A stretch of 64,000 nt of DNA from Octopus vulgaris (lineage: Eukaryota): NCBI GenBank assembly GCA_951406725.2, contig OX597815.1:7378001-7442000 (forward strand), read 5' to 3'. Positions within the stretch are counted from its first letter, which is position 1. The number at the start of each line of letters is the position of its first letter. A program made the translations under genes and the position numbers. Positions 40,410-53,515 of the stretch are shown here, piece by piece. The notes under the pieces are model-generated. The model saw only the letters and a program-made list of their open reading frames with translations. It had not been told where the DNA came from and did not search any database.

Positions 40410-42445
40410 GGAGGCGCAATGGCCCAGTGGTTAGGGCAGCGGACTCGCGGTCATAGAATCGCGGTTTCGATTCCCAGACCGGACGTTGTGAGTGTTTATT
40501 GAGCGAAAACACCTAAAAAAGCTCCACGAGGCTCCGGCAGGGGATGGTGGTGATCCCAGCTGTACTCTTTCACCACAACTTTCTCTCACTCTTACTTCCT
40601 GTTTCTGTTGTACCTGTATTTCAAAGGGCCGGCCTTGTCACTCTCTGTGTCACGCTGAATCTCCCCGAGAACTACGTTAAGGGTACTCGCGGTCATAGGA
40701 TCGCGGTTTCGATTCCCAGAACGGGCGTTGTGAGTGTTTATTGAGCGAAAACACCTAAAAGCTCCACGAGGCTCCGGCAGGGGATGGTGGCGATCCCTGC
40801 TGTACTCTTTCACCACAACTTTCTCTCACTCTTACTTCCTGTTTCTGTTGTACCTGTATTTTAAAGGGCCGGCCTTGTCACTCTCTGTGTCACGCTGAAT
40901 ATCCCCGAGAACTACGTTAAGGGTACTCGCGGTCATAGGATCGCGGTTTCGATTCCCAGAACGGGCGTTGTGAGTGTTTATTGAGCGAAAACACCTAAAA
41001 GCTCCACGAGGCTCCGGCAGGGGATGGTGGCGATCCCTGCTGTACTCTTTCACCACAACTTTCTCTCACTCTTACTTCCTGTTTCTGTTGTACCTGTATT
41101 TTAAAGGGCCGGCCTTGTCACTCTCTGTGTCACGCTGAATATCCCCGAGAACTACGTTAAGGGTACTCGCGGTCATAGGATCGCGGTTTCGATTCCCAGA
41201 ACGGGCGTTGTGAGTGTTTATTGAGCGAAAACACCTAAAAGCTCCACGAGGCTCCGGCAGGGGATGGTGGTGATCCCTGCTGTACTCTTTCACCATAACT
41301 TTCTCTCACTCTTACTTCCTGTTTCTGTTGTACCTGTATTTTAAAGGGCCGGCCTTGTCACTCTCTGTGTCACGCTGAATATCCCCGAGAACTACGTTAA
41401 GGGTACTCGCGGTCATAGGATCGCGGTTTCGATTCCCAGAACGGGCGTTGTGAGTGTTTATTGAGCGAAAACACCTAAAAGCTCCACGAGGCTCCGGCAG
41501 GGGATGGTGGTGATCCCTGCTGTACTCTTTCACCATAACTTTCTCTCACTCTTACTTCCTGTTTCTGTTGTACCTGTATTTCAAAGGGCCGGCCTTGTCA
41601 CTCTCTGTGTCACGCTAAATCTCCCGAGAACTACGTTAAGGGTACTCGCGGTCATAGGATCGCGGTTTCGATTCCCAGAACGGGCGTTGTGAGTGTTTAT
41701 TGAGCGAAAACACCTAAAAGCTCCACGAGGCTCCGGCAGGGGATGGTGGTGATCCCTGCTGTACTCTTTCACCACAACTTTCTCTCACTCTTACTTCCTG
41801 TTTCTGTTGTACCTGTATTTTAAAGGGCCGGCCTTGTCACTCTCTGTGTCACGCTAAATCTCCCCGAGAACTACGTTAAGGGTACTCGCGGTCATAGGAT
41901 CGCGGTTTCGATTCCCAGAACGGGCGTTGTGAGTGTTTATTGAGCGAAAACACCTAAAAGCTCCACGAGGCTCCGTCAGGGGTTGGTGGTGATCCCTGCT
42001 GTACTCTTTCACCACAACTCTCTCTCACTCTTACTTCCTGTTTCTGTTGTACCTGTATTTCAAAGGGCCGGCCTTGTCACTCTCTGTGTCACGCTAAATC
42101 TCCCCGAGAACTACGTTAAGGGTACTCGCGGTCATAGGATCGCGGTTTCGATTCCCAGAACGGGCGTTGTGAGTGTTTATTGAGCGAAAACACCTAAAAG
42201 CTCCACGAGGCTCCGGCAGGGGATGGTGGTGATCCCTGCTGTACTCTTTCACCACAACTTTCTCTCACTCTTACTTCCTGTTTCTGTTGTACCTGTATTT
42301 CAAAGGGCCGGCCTTGTCACTCTCTGTGTCACGCTAAATCTCCCCGAGAACTACGTTAAGGGTACTCGCGGTCATAGGATCGCGGTTTCGATTCCCAGAA
42401 CGGGCGTTGTGAGTGTTTATTGAGCGAAAACACCTAAAAGCTCCA
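40410..42445 (+). repeat. SINE C-derived 240-bp tandem array (8 units plus a partial unit)
   Basis: One full head at 40410; units start with ACTCGCGGTC at 40443, 40685, 40925, 41165, 41405, 41644, 41884, 42124, 42364. Confidence 0.96.
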
Positions 42446-43320
42446 TGCTTTTCTGCCGGTGGCACACATCCCACCGGCATATCATTGGGATCTGTCGGCG
42501 GCACATCAACCTTCACCGACCGTCTCCCATTTTTTCCTTTTCTTCTTTTATTTCTCTTCTCTGGGCTTGCGGTAGTCAGGGCCTCTATCGGCTTATCTGT
42601 GAGGTCTGCCTCCTCTTCCGCAACCTGTATGTCTTTTGGTGAGCAACCATTGTTGCTCGCCTTTCTTTTCCTTTTCGGAGAGGCGACCGCCTCCACTACT
42701 TCCTCCGTCTTCCCCTCCAATGGGGTTGGGGCGTAGGGCACCTTTTCTTTTTTCTTCTGCTCCAGGGCCTTACCGCAGCCCTGGGGGCAGTTCTTTTTGA
42801 TGTGGCCTGGTTCGAGGCACAGGGGACACTTGGGGGGAGCGACCCTTAAGAATCACCGGAATAAGAATCAGGGAATACTAGGTCTCCGGCCGACTGAGTC
42901 CAAAGGGTCAGAACTGCTTTTGACCCCGCCCAATCGGTCGCGGCCTCCACCCCGACACTGAGGAGCTTGGTTCCACTACCGCCCAGACCTCTACGAATGG
43001 TCTGTTCTATCCACTCAGATCGAATTCCGGGTGGCAGCCCACATACCCAAGCCCTCATTATTTTCTTCCCACAATATGTGGGAAAGAACAAAATCTCATC
43101 CCCTTCTAGGGGTTGACTTGCCGCAGTGCAAGCTTTCTCAGGGGTGTCAAATAGCAGCCGCACCGTTGCATACCTGACACCCCTGGACACAAAGTAACTT
43201 TTTTGCTGGCAAACATTTTGCCAGCTCTTTATCAATGATACTCTTGTCGAATAGGTCCGTAGTATCACCGTCCTCCTCTCAATGTTTTCAAGCCACTGCT
43301 TGGGTGGGACAATCTCAAAA
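42446..43320 (-). mobile_element. L1/Tx1-like LINE ORF1 (gag-like) fragment, frameshifted
   Basis: Zinc knuckle CPLCLEPGHIKKNC (42787-42828) preceded by an RRM-like segment (RAWVCGLPPGI) and followed by a basic low-complexity tail; clade is inference. Confidence 0.7.
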
Positions 43321-43321
43321 G

Positions 43322-43627
43322 CGGGTATCTTATAGTCGTGATTCATATCGAACCCTTCTGGGTATTAGCGCGCGTCTACGATGAGTCTACGATTTAAAAA
43401 AAATTTACCATCATTTTTTATTCCATTTTAATGCATTTTTTCGCTATTATATAAGAGAAGTAACTCTCTAAAAATGTCTACGATGAGTCAACGATTTAAA
43501 AAAAAATTTACCATAATTTTTTTCCATTTTTAATGCATTTTTTTGCTATTTTTTGGCTATAACTCTCTAAAAATGCTTATATAGTTATTTCCCTTACAAA
43601 CCGAGCAACGCCGGGCGATACTGCTAG
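43322..43627 (+). mobile_element. 5'-truncated Helitron
   Basis: Matches 1884-2186 including hairpin and CTAG|T. Confidence 0.88.
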
Positions 43628-43694
43628 TAGTTCATAAAAGAAAGAGAGAGGAAACACAACAGTTCACAAAGAGTAAATAAAAATATATAGTTCC

Positions 43695-44772
43695 AGGCAG
43701 AAAAAAAATTCAGGTCACAATGGTACTCCGGCCCTATTCGATCCCGGCTCCATTGCAACTCTCAATTTGATGGTAAAATCCAGTTCTTTGCTTGTAACTA
43801 AGTAAAAAAAAGTTTTTAATCTCTTCTTCAAATCCATAATTTTCGAAACTTCTTAGTTGGTTTGAAAACAACAATAATTCTTCTTCAATTTTTCTCCTCT
43901 GTCGAGAAACAACAATTTACTTCAAAAAGTTCCAGCTTGCTTCTCCGGCTGTTCAAACAGTCCCACCAGCAACAAGCCACACACACTTTGCTTGCAAAAC
44001 AAGCAACTAATTCACCGCCAAACGTAAGCGAAAATGCCCCCAGAGCAGGGCAGAATATACTGTAATAAAAATGAGACAATTCTACTCAGCTCAGAAAAAA
44101 CAAAATCGCTCACCCTGACGGCGACCTTTTTCTCTAAGACGGAGCTAAACAGCTAACCGTCTTCAATAAAGGCAGAAGAAATAAAAATACGTAAAGTGTA
44201 CTAGCCATCTGAATGTGGCTAGCCACTGGGGGTGGAGTGTTACTGACGCTTTTAGCCCCAGGAGATCAACGTCACCAGCTGGCCTTAGACACAATTTCAG
44301 TGCCCTTGTGTTATTTGCAAAGGGAGGTCATCCTCCCTCGAAAACCTAAGTGATACATACGGACTATAGTTTCAAGGTAATTGCCTCTCGTCAGCGCATG
44401 GTAAACACCGGTTTTCGACGAAGGAGACCCTCTGCAAATAATAATATTTAACGTTTTTCACAGCAACCACAGTCACTGATTTAGAAAAACTGTCTGAAAG
44501 CATTAATAAATCTCATATTAAAAGAAAGAGAAAGGAGGCAGAAAAAAATTCAGGCCACAATGGTACTCCGGCCCTATTCGATCCCGGCTCCTTTACAGCT
44601 CTCAATTTGAGGGTAAAATCCAGTTCTTTGCTTGTAACTAAGTAAAAACATTTTTAATCTCTTCTTCAAATCCATTATTTTCGAAACTTCTTAGTTGGTT
44701 TGAAAACAACAATAATTCTTCTTCAATTTTTCTCCACTGTAGAGAAACAACAATTTACATTGAAAAGTAGCT
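43695..44772. repeat. ~240-bp direct repeats flanking a hammerhead-bearing interior
   Basis: 43697-43936 is similar to 44538-44772. Confidence 0.8.
44356..44400 (-). ncRNA. Complete canonical type-I hammerhead ribozyme motif
   Basis: CAUGCG-CUGACGA-GAGG(CAAUUA)CCUU-GAA-ACUAUAGU-C-CGUAUG; GUC cleavage triplet. Confidence 0.8.
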
Positions 44773-45314
44773 CAGCTTCGTGCGTGTATGTGTGTGTGCA
44801 TGTATTTGCGTGTGTGCGTGCGTATGCGTGCGTGCGCTCGTGTATGTATATTCTATGTGGACACTATATTCTCTATACGCGCGTGTGTGTGTGTGTTGAC
44901 ACTATATATTTTCTCTATTTATAGGTAAAATAGACACCGGAGATGCTTTGCCCGGAGCGGAAACTGCAGGGGCTACTCTGAGATATTGCAAGCGTTTCTT
45001 ATGGCGACAAAATCTATTGCTTGCAATGCAGGAAACTCTGTTCTTTCTTCAGCAAGTATATATTAGTGTCAGTGGCTATTTTGCCTCTTAGCTTGTCCTC
45101 TTCTCCTGCTTGCGGTGCGAGGATTAAATTAACCATCCTCTGCAGAAGTGTTCCATCTGTTGTTGATCGCAACTACCTTGAACCAGTCTCAGCTGCCATG
45201 TTTATCTTTTTGTTGGTTTTCTGCAGTTGTTTCCGTTACGTGAACATTATATATTTTCTCCGTTTGCATATGTAATTATATAGAGACTACATATTCTTTC
45301 TGTTGACATCTTCT

Positions 45315-46006
45315 AGGGAGTGCTTAAAAGTTCCTGGCTTTTGGTAAAAGAAAATACAGGAGGATCTATTAATTACGATTTTATCCAACGTATTCTCCTC
45401 TCTCCTCGCAGATTCACTCTTATTGTAGAGGTCCTTCAGTTTTTCTAAGCCATGTAAGTATCTAAGTAGAGATTTCAAACTTAAAATCTTCAAAGCCACA
45501 GTCGAACCAATTCTACTATATGGCTTAGAAACCTGGACGTTATCAAAGAAGCTTGAGAGGCGGTTGGATGGAACCTACACTCGCCTCCTTATGAGAGCTC
45601 AAAATCTCTCGTGGAAGCGCCATCCAACCAAAGTACAAATATATGGGAAACTACCACCTGTGTCATCTCTTGTGAAAGGTAGAAGAGTCCAGTTTGCTGG
45701 ACATTGTTGTAGAGCTGAAAACCAGGTAATTTCTACTCTTCTCCTCTGGAAGCCATCTGCTCGCGATACCAGAGGGCGCACACTCTCCTACCCTGATGTA
45801 ATCTCCAGAGATACAAGAATCCAGCAACAGGACCTCCGTAATGCCATGATGGACCGTGAAGTCTGGCGTAACATGGTAAATTCCATTGTCTCGACCACGG
45901 TCGAACGATGATGATGATGAAGCTCTGTAAAAGAACTCGGAAGTTTGGACCCTCAACCAGGCCTTTCGCGATACCCTAAAAGCCAGGGACTTTTCAGCAT
46001 CCCCTA
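45315..46006 (-). mobile_element. Mariner-derived MITE split by an RTE insertion
   Basis: 45315-45457 and 45920-46006 join to match 56593-56813. Confidence 0.75.
45458..45920 (+). mobile_element. RTE-clade LINE 3' fragment
   Basis: Open frame KLKIFKATVEPILLYGLETWTL..FAGHCCR..AMMDREVWR, (GAT)n tail, TSD-like AAGCCATGTAA / AAGCTCTGTAA. Confidence 0.88.
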
Positions 46007-46078
46007 TAATTATACTAATGTGTCCATCTGTTTTAATTTAATTAAATTAAAGCAGATGGGCACATTAGTATAATTATA
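46005..46078. repeat. 74-bp AT-rich palindrome
   Basis: 35-bp arms with two mismatches. Confidence 0.85.
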
Positions 46079-47115
46079 CCTAAAATCTCCCATAAGTTAA
46101 GGAGATAGACAAAGAACATGCTGCCTTACCTCCAGCATAGAAGCTACATAGAAGCTGTTTTAATTTAATTAAATTCTATGTCTTTGTGCAGCTGAGGATT
46201 GCTCTGCATTTTAAATTGATGTAATATTTGCATTGTTCAATTAAATGAAGTTGCATGAAACAATCGTACTGCATTACCTCTGGATATCGTTGTTGCTTAT
46301 TTTGATTTTAATCACCTTACTTTGAAAGTGTATTGATAATAACGTACTAAATTCTGGTGCCTTAACGTAAGTACCATATTCATCTGAATCTAAATTTTTG
46401 CTATATATGTATATATATATATATATATCGTTGCTCACACGTGACCATCGTCCATCTTTCTTTCTCTGCACAGGCGTTTAAACGAATGGACGCTTTATTC
46501 CTCTCTCTCTCTTCTATCTTTTTGAAAAAAAAATGTTTCTTCCAGCGTTCAGTATTTTCTTCCCGTTCTGGTCTAGCGACCCTCCATGTTTGTTTTCGTT
46601 CGGTTCCCTTGTATGTCTCCATTGTCATTTTTTTTGTTCCCAACTTTGACCCTCCATAAATCTTAAATTTTATTGACTCATTGTCGTTGAATGCTCGAAA
46701 TGAGGAGTAGATAGACAACCGACAACTGATGAAGGGTCCTTTCTCTGTGTTAAATTGTCCGATTTTCCATTTTTTTTCTCGTTGATTCACTCGTTTGTTT
46801 ATATATTTCATGTTATTTGCACCGTTGGTGACGTCCTGTACCCATATATGCATGTATGTATCACCTTCGAAACGTAGAGTAGATGAAACCATAGCGACTG
46901 AAGAAGGGCTTTTTTCTTTGTGTTAATTGTCCTGTACTCTATTTTTTATTGTTGTTTAAAAAAATGTCCAGTTCCTTTGGTTTGTGTCTATGTTTTCGTT
47001 TCTCATTGTGTTCGACGTCTTTTTGGTGTCCTGTACTCATATATGCGTGTATAATATACATGTAGAGGTAGGTACGTACATATATGTTTATATATATGTT
47101 TATTTTATTTATTAA

Positions 47116-47165
<50 letters not shown>

Positions 47166-47654
47166 TCATATTTTCTCTGTCTCTTTCTATGAAAACACTA
47201 TACATTCTTTCTGTTGACGTACATTGCAGACACTATATATTTACATTCATATTCGTGTGGACACTTTATCTAATCGGTCCGTTTGCACAGATCTACACAA
47301 ATAAAAGAATTTTAAATATAATTGGAAACTCGTTATGTATTTATGCCTGGTATGTAAACGGATTAACTTCTAAGTTTTTCATAATTTTACGCTCGAAAAT
47401 CCCGTGAAAAGCGTATCCGTCCGTTATTTAATTATACATAATGATGTCTCATCCTCTTCCCATTATAATTTTTGTTCAATTATTGCGTTTAATTAAGTTG
47501 AACGGAAACCAATTAATTACTATTGTCTCCTTGGTTTTAGTGCAAAACAGTTCAACCCACGAAGCAGTCGGTGAAGAGACTTTTATCCGGCAGAGAGACG
47601 AACGAACCTAAATAGGATCCTTCTCCACGCTGTGCATACACCACCTCTCCTATA

Positions 47655-47680
47655 TTTCTTTCTTTCTTTCTTCCTTTCGT

Positions 47681-47728
<48 letters not shown>

Positions 47729-47849
47729 TCCTTCTTCCTTTGTTTCTTTCCTTCTTTCCCTCCTTCTTTCCTTCCTTTCTTTCTTTCTTTCTTTCTTTCC
47801 TTCTTTCTTTCCTTCTTTCCTTCCTTCCTTCCTTATTTCTTTCTTTCTT

Positions 47850-47885
<36 letters not shown>

Positions 47886-48240
47886 TTTCTTTCTTTCTTT
47901 CTTACTTTCTTTCTTTCTTTCTTTCTTTCTTACTTCCTTTCTTTCCATTCTTCATTTTCTCTCCTTTTCTCTTTTTCTTTCTTCCTTCTTTCTTTCTCTC
48001 TTTCTCTCTTTCTCTCTCTCTCTCTCTTTCTTCTCCTCTTTCTTGTTTTCTTTCTTTCACTTTCTTTCATTCCCGTTATCCTTTCTCTATTTTCTCTCCT
48101 TTCTCTTTTTCACTTTCTTCCTTTCTTTTCTCTTTTTTCCTTAACCTCCTTCTTATTTCCTCTTTTCCCCCTCTTTCTTCCTTGTCTTCTCTCGTCATTC
48201 TTTCTTTTCTCTTTCTTTCTCCTCATTCTTCCTTCCTTCA
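47655..48240. repeat. Polypyrimidine (TTTC)n/(TC)n tract
   Basis: Direct. Confidence 0.95.
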
Positions 48241-48354
48241 ATCTGCCCCCCTCTACCAAATCACACCGGTGTACCTGTCCCAATATTTGAATATTGTTTA
48301 TGTGGTAGGTTTTTTTTTTGCCCAACTTTAGATAGAACAGTGGTGCATCACTAT

Positions 48355-48825
48355 CACAACCACCACCGCCGCCGCCACCTCCACCACTACCACCCCCACC
48401 ACCACCACCACCACCACTACCTCCACCACCACCACCACTACCACCTTCACCACCATCACCACCGCCGCCACCTCCACCTCCACCTCCACCACTTCCACCT
48501 CCACCACCACCACCACCACCACCACCGCCGCCACCACCACCACCACAACTACCACCTTCACCACCATCGCCGCCACCTCCACCTCCACCTCCACCACCAC
48601 CACTACCACCTCCACCACCACCACCTCCACCACCTCCACCACTACCACCACCACCACCACCTCCACCACCACCACCACCTCCACCACCTCCACCACCTCC
48701 ACCACCACCCACCACCACCACCACCACCACCACCACCACCACCACCACCACCACCAACACCACAGCAATCAATAACGACAATAGCCACCACCACAACCGT
48801 CACTACTACTACTACAACTACTACA

Positions 48826-48871
<46 letters not shown>

Positions 48872-48873
48872 AC

Positions 48874-48905
<32 letters not shown>

Positions 48906-48910
48906 CACCG
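48355..48910. repeat. (CCA)n-rich trinucleotide array
   Basis: Direct. Confidence 0.95.
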
Positions 48911-49257
48911 CAATCTCCACCAGCAAGGGTAACAGTATAACCCGTAGTATCACCACCAGCACCACCAACGCTACCCACATCACCCGACCAACACGTAGAC
49001 CTTCGTTTTATGATGAGCAAACAAGAGACGTCTTCGTGTGGTGGTAGCCGAGCCTGCTGGAAACACAGCAGCCAAATCTCCCTCATATCACAATGTACAA
49101 TATTGTAAGAAAAAAAAAAAGACAAACACAATGGATAATATAGTCTTGGACAATGTATGGGATAGAACAAAAAATAAATATCAGATGCGATGGTCACATC
49201 TGGAACGTATTTATCATAAATTTGCCCATTTTGGGTCAAGAACAACTACTGCTCCTG

Positions 49258-49258
49258 T

Positions 49259-49291
<33 letters not shown>

Positions 49292-49320
49292 CACCACCAC
49301 CACCACTACTACAACTACTA

Positions 49321-49408
<88 letters not shown>

Positions 49409-49409
49409 C

Positions 49410-49453
<44 letters not shown>

Positions 49454-49484
49454 TACTACCACCACTACCACCACCACCACGACC

Positions 49485-49537
<53 letters not shown>

Positions 49538-49538
49538 C

Positions 49539-49579
<41 letters not shown>

Positions 49580-49616
49580 CACTACTACCACCACCACCAC
49601 CACCACCACCACGACC

Positions 49617-49666
<50 letters not shown>

Positions 49667-49667
49667 C

Positions 49668-49705
<38 letters not shown>

Positions 49706-49768
49706 CACTACTACCACCACCACCACCACCACCACGACCACCACCACCACTACTACTACTACTACTAC
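49258..49768. repeat. (CTA)n/(CCA)n array with higher-order periodicity
   Basis: CCACGACCA marker recurs at ~49478, 49609, 49732. Confidence 0.95.
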
Positions 49769-50463
49769 TGAGATCTTCCAAAAATCCACCTTATTGCCGC
49801 TAAACGAGCGTTTAAAATTACCCCAATTTTTTTTCTTCTTACTTTTGAAGGGGATTCGGGAGTAGGGGTTAGCAAAGTAAGATATAACTTTGAACTTATG
49901 ACCCAAAGCTAAAAAAAAAATAAACAGAAAAGAAAAAAAATATATCAAAAGATTGTTTGAAAAACAGCAAAAAAAAAAGAAAAAAAAAAGAAAAAGAAAA
50001 GAAGAAAAAAGATCTTTAAAGTATAATCCTTCTGAAATTTGAACCAGCATCCACAGTGTTTGAATAAGAATCAGTTACACAGCCCGGATAAATACTTTGG
50101 TAAACATAAACATTTTTCCTTTGACAAGCTGAAGTCTTCGGAAATGGATATGTCATGTGATCTAGCTTAGATCTTTTCACTCTGGTTACATAGAACACCC
50201 CTCTGACACCCGATCTACTTTCAATTAGCATAGTCACATAGTACACCTACCCGCACTTCTCCCCCACCCACGGTTCACTCCCCTTCTTTCCTTATATCCC
50301 TGCCCCGTTCTCCCCGTCTCCTCGTCAGACCATCATCATGACAAGTCCCCTTACCACCGCCAACAACAACAACAATCTCCACTTGTCTACGCTTCCCTTG
50401 TACCACATTTTTTCTTCCGTTATCCCCCGCCACCACCACTACGATCATCACCGCCATCAAGAT

Positions 50464-50494
<31 letters not shown>

Positions 50495-51689
50495 GCTGTG
50501 CTGCTGCTACTACTACTACTACTATTACTACTACTACTACCATCATCATCAACTTCACAGCTACCACCACCACCGCCGTCACCAACATTAGCACTTCCAA
50601 CACTACAGACACCATCAGCACCACCACCATTACCATCAGACAGCTCACATAGTCATCCGACTTGCTAGAAATAGCAGCCAATATATATATTCCGTTTGTT
50701 TCTTTCGTTGTTCGCAAAAAAATTCGTATTCCATGTTTTCGTATTTTGTATTTCATGTTGTTTTCGTAATACCACAAAGCATTTCGCCCGGTGTGCTAAC
50801 GTTTCTACCAGCTCGCCGCCTTACCGCTGCTATTTATATTTAGTGGTCCAGCCCATTCTCGCCAGGGAGCGTCGTACTCTCGCACAACACATACATACAT
50901 ATATACATACACACACACACACACACGTACACGTTGGCAGGCACATACACGCACATAATAAGCTCTCAGACAGACAAACGCGATCTCTGCAATCAACAAT
51001 CATTGAAAGGGTGGCAAGAACCAACAAAACAAATTTGACAAACAAAAACAAAACAAATCAGTTGAATTTTTAACCAGTTTACTAATTATAAGGAAGTGAA
51101 ATTGAACCAGTGTGTGTATTAAATATATTGGCATCATGACCTCCCCTAGACTCAACAAAATTAATAAAAGATATTACCAGAAAATGCCAGTTTCCAAATC
51201 CTGTTTTCTGACTGGGTAAAAACAATCAAAATTTAAACCTCCGTAACATTTTTCTGAAGTTTTTCTTGAAAAAATGAATAACAACATCTAGATTCAGCGT
51301 GAAGAATGATCTTGATACTCCAAATTTGAAAATGTTCACTCAATTTAAACATTTTAAAAATTGAAAGCCAAGCAAAAAGATTTCCCACCTTTTCAACCGT
51401 TACCTGCACCACCGTCATACGGACAACTTCACACAGTGATGACATTCTTATTCATTAGCCATTCTCCAGATATAGTTGCCTAACTTACCAAGATCACTTC
51501 GACATCTAGATCCAAAGATTTGAAGTAACGCCTTACAAAAACCATTGTCTCCCTTCTCAGTAGCAATAAGAGAGAATATCAAATACAGCCATCATATTCA
51601 GCAACATGGATGCGCTCCTTGCGCGCGCACACACACGCACACATTGGTTTCAAAGAATGGAACAAGGCCAACACATTCAGGAGACGATG

Positions 51690-52689
51690 TAAGTCGATTA
51701 CATCGACCCCCAGTCCCCAAATGGTACATATTTTATCGACTCCGAAAGGATGAATGACAAAGTCAATCTCGGCGGAATAAGAATGTGAAAACAAACGAAA
51801 TACCTATTTCTTTACTACCCACAAGGGGCTAAACACAGAGGGGACAAACAAGGACTGAACAAACGGATTAAGTCGATTATATCGACCTCAGTGCGTAACT
51901 GGTACTTATTTAATCAACCCCGAAAGGATGAAAGGCAAAGTCGGCCAGGGGGAATTTGAACTCAGAACGTAACGACAGACGAAATACTGCTAAGCATTTT
52001 GCCCGGCGTGCTCAACGTTTCTTATTTCTTTACTACCCACAAGAGGCTAAACATAGAGGGGACAAATAAAGACAGACATAGGTATTAAGTCGATTATATC
52101 GACCCCAGTGCATAACTGGTACTTAATTTATCGACCCCGAAAGGATGAAAGGCAAAGTCGACCTGGGCGGAATTTGAACTCAGAACGTAACGACAGACGA
52201 AATACTGCTAAGCATTTTGCCCGGCGTGCTAACGTTTCTTATTCCTTTACTACCCACAAGAGGCTAAACATAGAGGGGACAAACAAAGACAGACATAGGT
52301 ATTAAGTCGATTATATCGACCCCAGTGCGTAACTGGTACTTAATTTATCGACCCCGAAAGGATGAAAGGCAAAGTCGACCTCGGCGGAATTTGAACTCAG
52401 AACGTAGCAGCAGACGAAATACTGCTAAGCATTTTGCCCGGCGTGCTCAACGTTTCTTATTCCTTTACTACCCACAAGAGGCTAAACATAGAGGGGACAA
52501 ACAAAGACAGACATAGGTATTAAGTCGATTATATCGACCCCAGTGCGTAACTGGTACTTAATTTATCGACCCCGAAAGGATGAAAGGCAAAGTCGACCTC
52601 GGCGGAATTTGAACTCAGAACGTAGCAGCAGACGAAATACGGCTACGCATTTCGCCCGGCGTGCTAACGTTTCTGCCAGCTCGCTGCCT
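51690..52689 (-). mobile_element. SINE A concatemer (~5 units, two junction types)
   Basis: ~218-bp units joined at CGTTTCT|TATT(T/C)CTTT (~52022, 52239, 52457) and one GAAATACC|TATTTC junction (~51804). Confidence 0.9.
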
Positions 52690-52971
52690 CACAGAAGACA
52701 AAAATATTAGGAGTTATATGTAAGTCAACCACGTTCAGCATGCACAGAAACGACATACTACGAAAAGCAAAAACGGTGCGCAAATATACGATACTTAGAG
52801 CAACCACAGACACCATATTTGGCTAAGAGAAAGAAACGAATCACGCTGCAGAAACGATAGATGAAAATCATCATAGACAGTGTCAAGTCTGTCTGGACCC
52901 TTAATCTCTCTGCACCAAATCCCAATAAACTATAAAGAACACAAGGCTGTGGATTATACATTCTTACAGCT

Positions 52972-53199
52972 GGCGAGCTGGCAGAAACGTTGAGCACGCT
53001 AGGCCAAATGCTTAGCGATATTTCGTCTGCCGTTACGTTCTGAGTTCAAATTCCGCCGAGGTCAACTTTGCCTTTCATCCTTTCGGGGTCGATAAATTAA
53101 GTACCAGTTACACACTGGGGTCGATGTAATCGACTTAATCTGTTTGTCTGTCCTTGTTTTTCCCCTCTGTGTTTACCCCCTTGTGGGTAGTAAAGAAAC
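52972..53199 (+). mobile_element. SINE A monomer
   Basis: TSD TATACATTCTTACAGCT at 52955-52971 and 53201-53217. Confidence 0.9.
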
Positions 53200-53515
53200 A
53201 TATACATTCTTACAGCTTGTACGTAGCCTACATCTACACACTATCTACACAAAAATTGCTTGCTCTGCTTGGCAATATATATGTACAGAGTGCACGCCGC
53301 ACCTATAACCGGCTGGCAGAAGATCTGCCTGGGGTTAAACTAGTAGTAACACGGAACAGACACTCTGATGTGGCGATTAACTTTTCTTTTTATTATAGTT
53401 ACTACTTTTATCTCATATTGAGGTTTTACAAAACATTTTCTCGTGGACTCTTAAAATACGACCGTAAATCCTCAATTTACTGTTTTGTTTGCATGGCTGC
53501 CCCCCAAATTTTTAT

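Noticed and set aside
40410-42445. 240-bp array as a CRISPR array, retrozyme or tandem 74-aa genes
   Set aside because: No unique spacers or cas genes; no CUGAnGA core found in the unit; the ORFs are antisense readings of a SINE.
42846-43346. 166-aa ORF as a host gene
   Set aside because: Its start comes from Helitron sequence, and the rest is a frameshifted retroelement ORF1.
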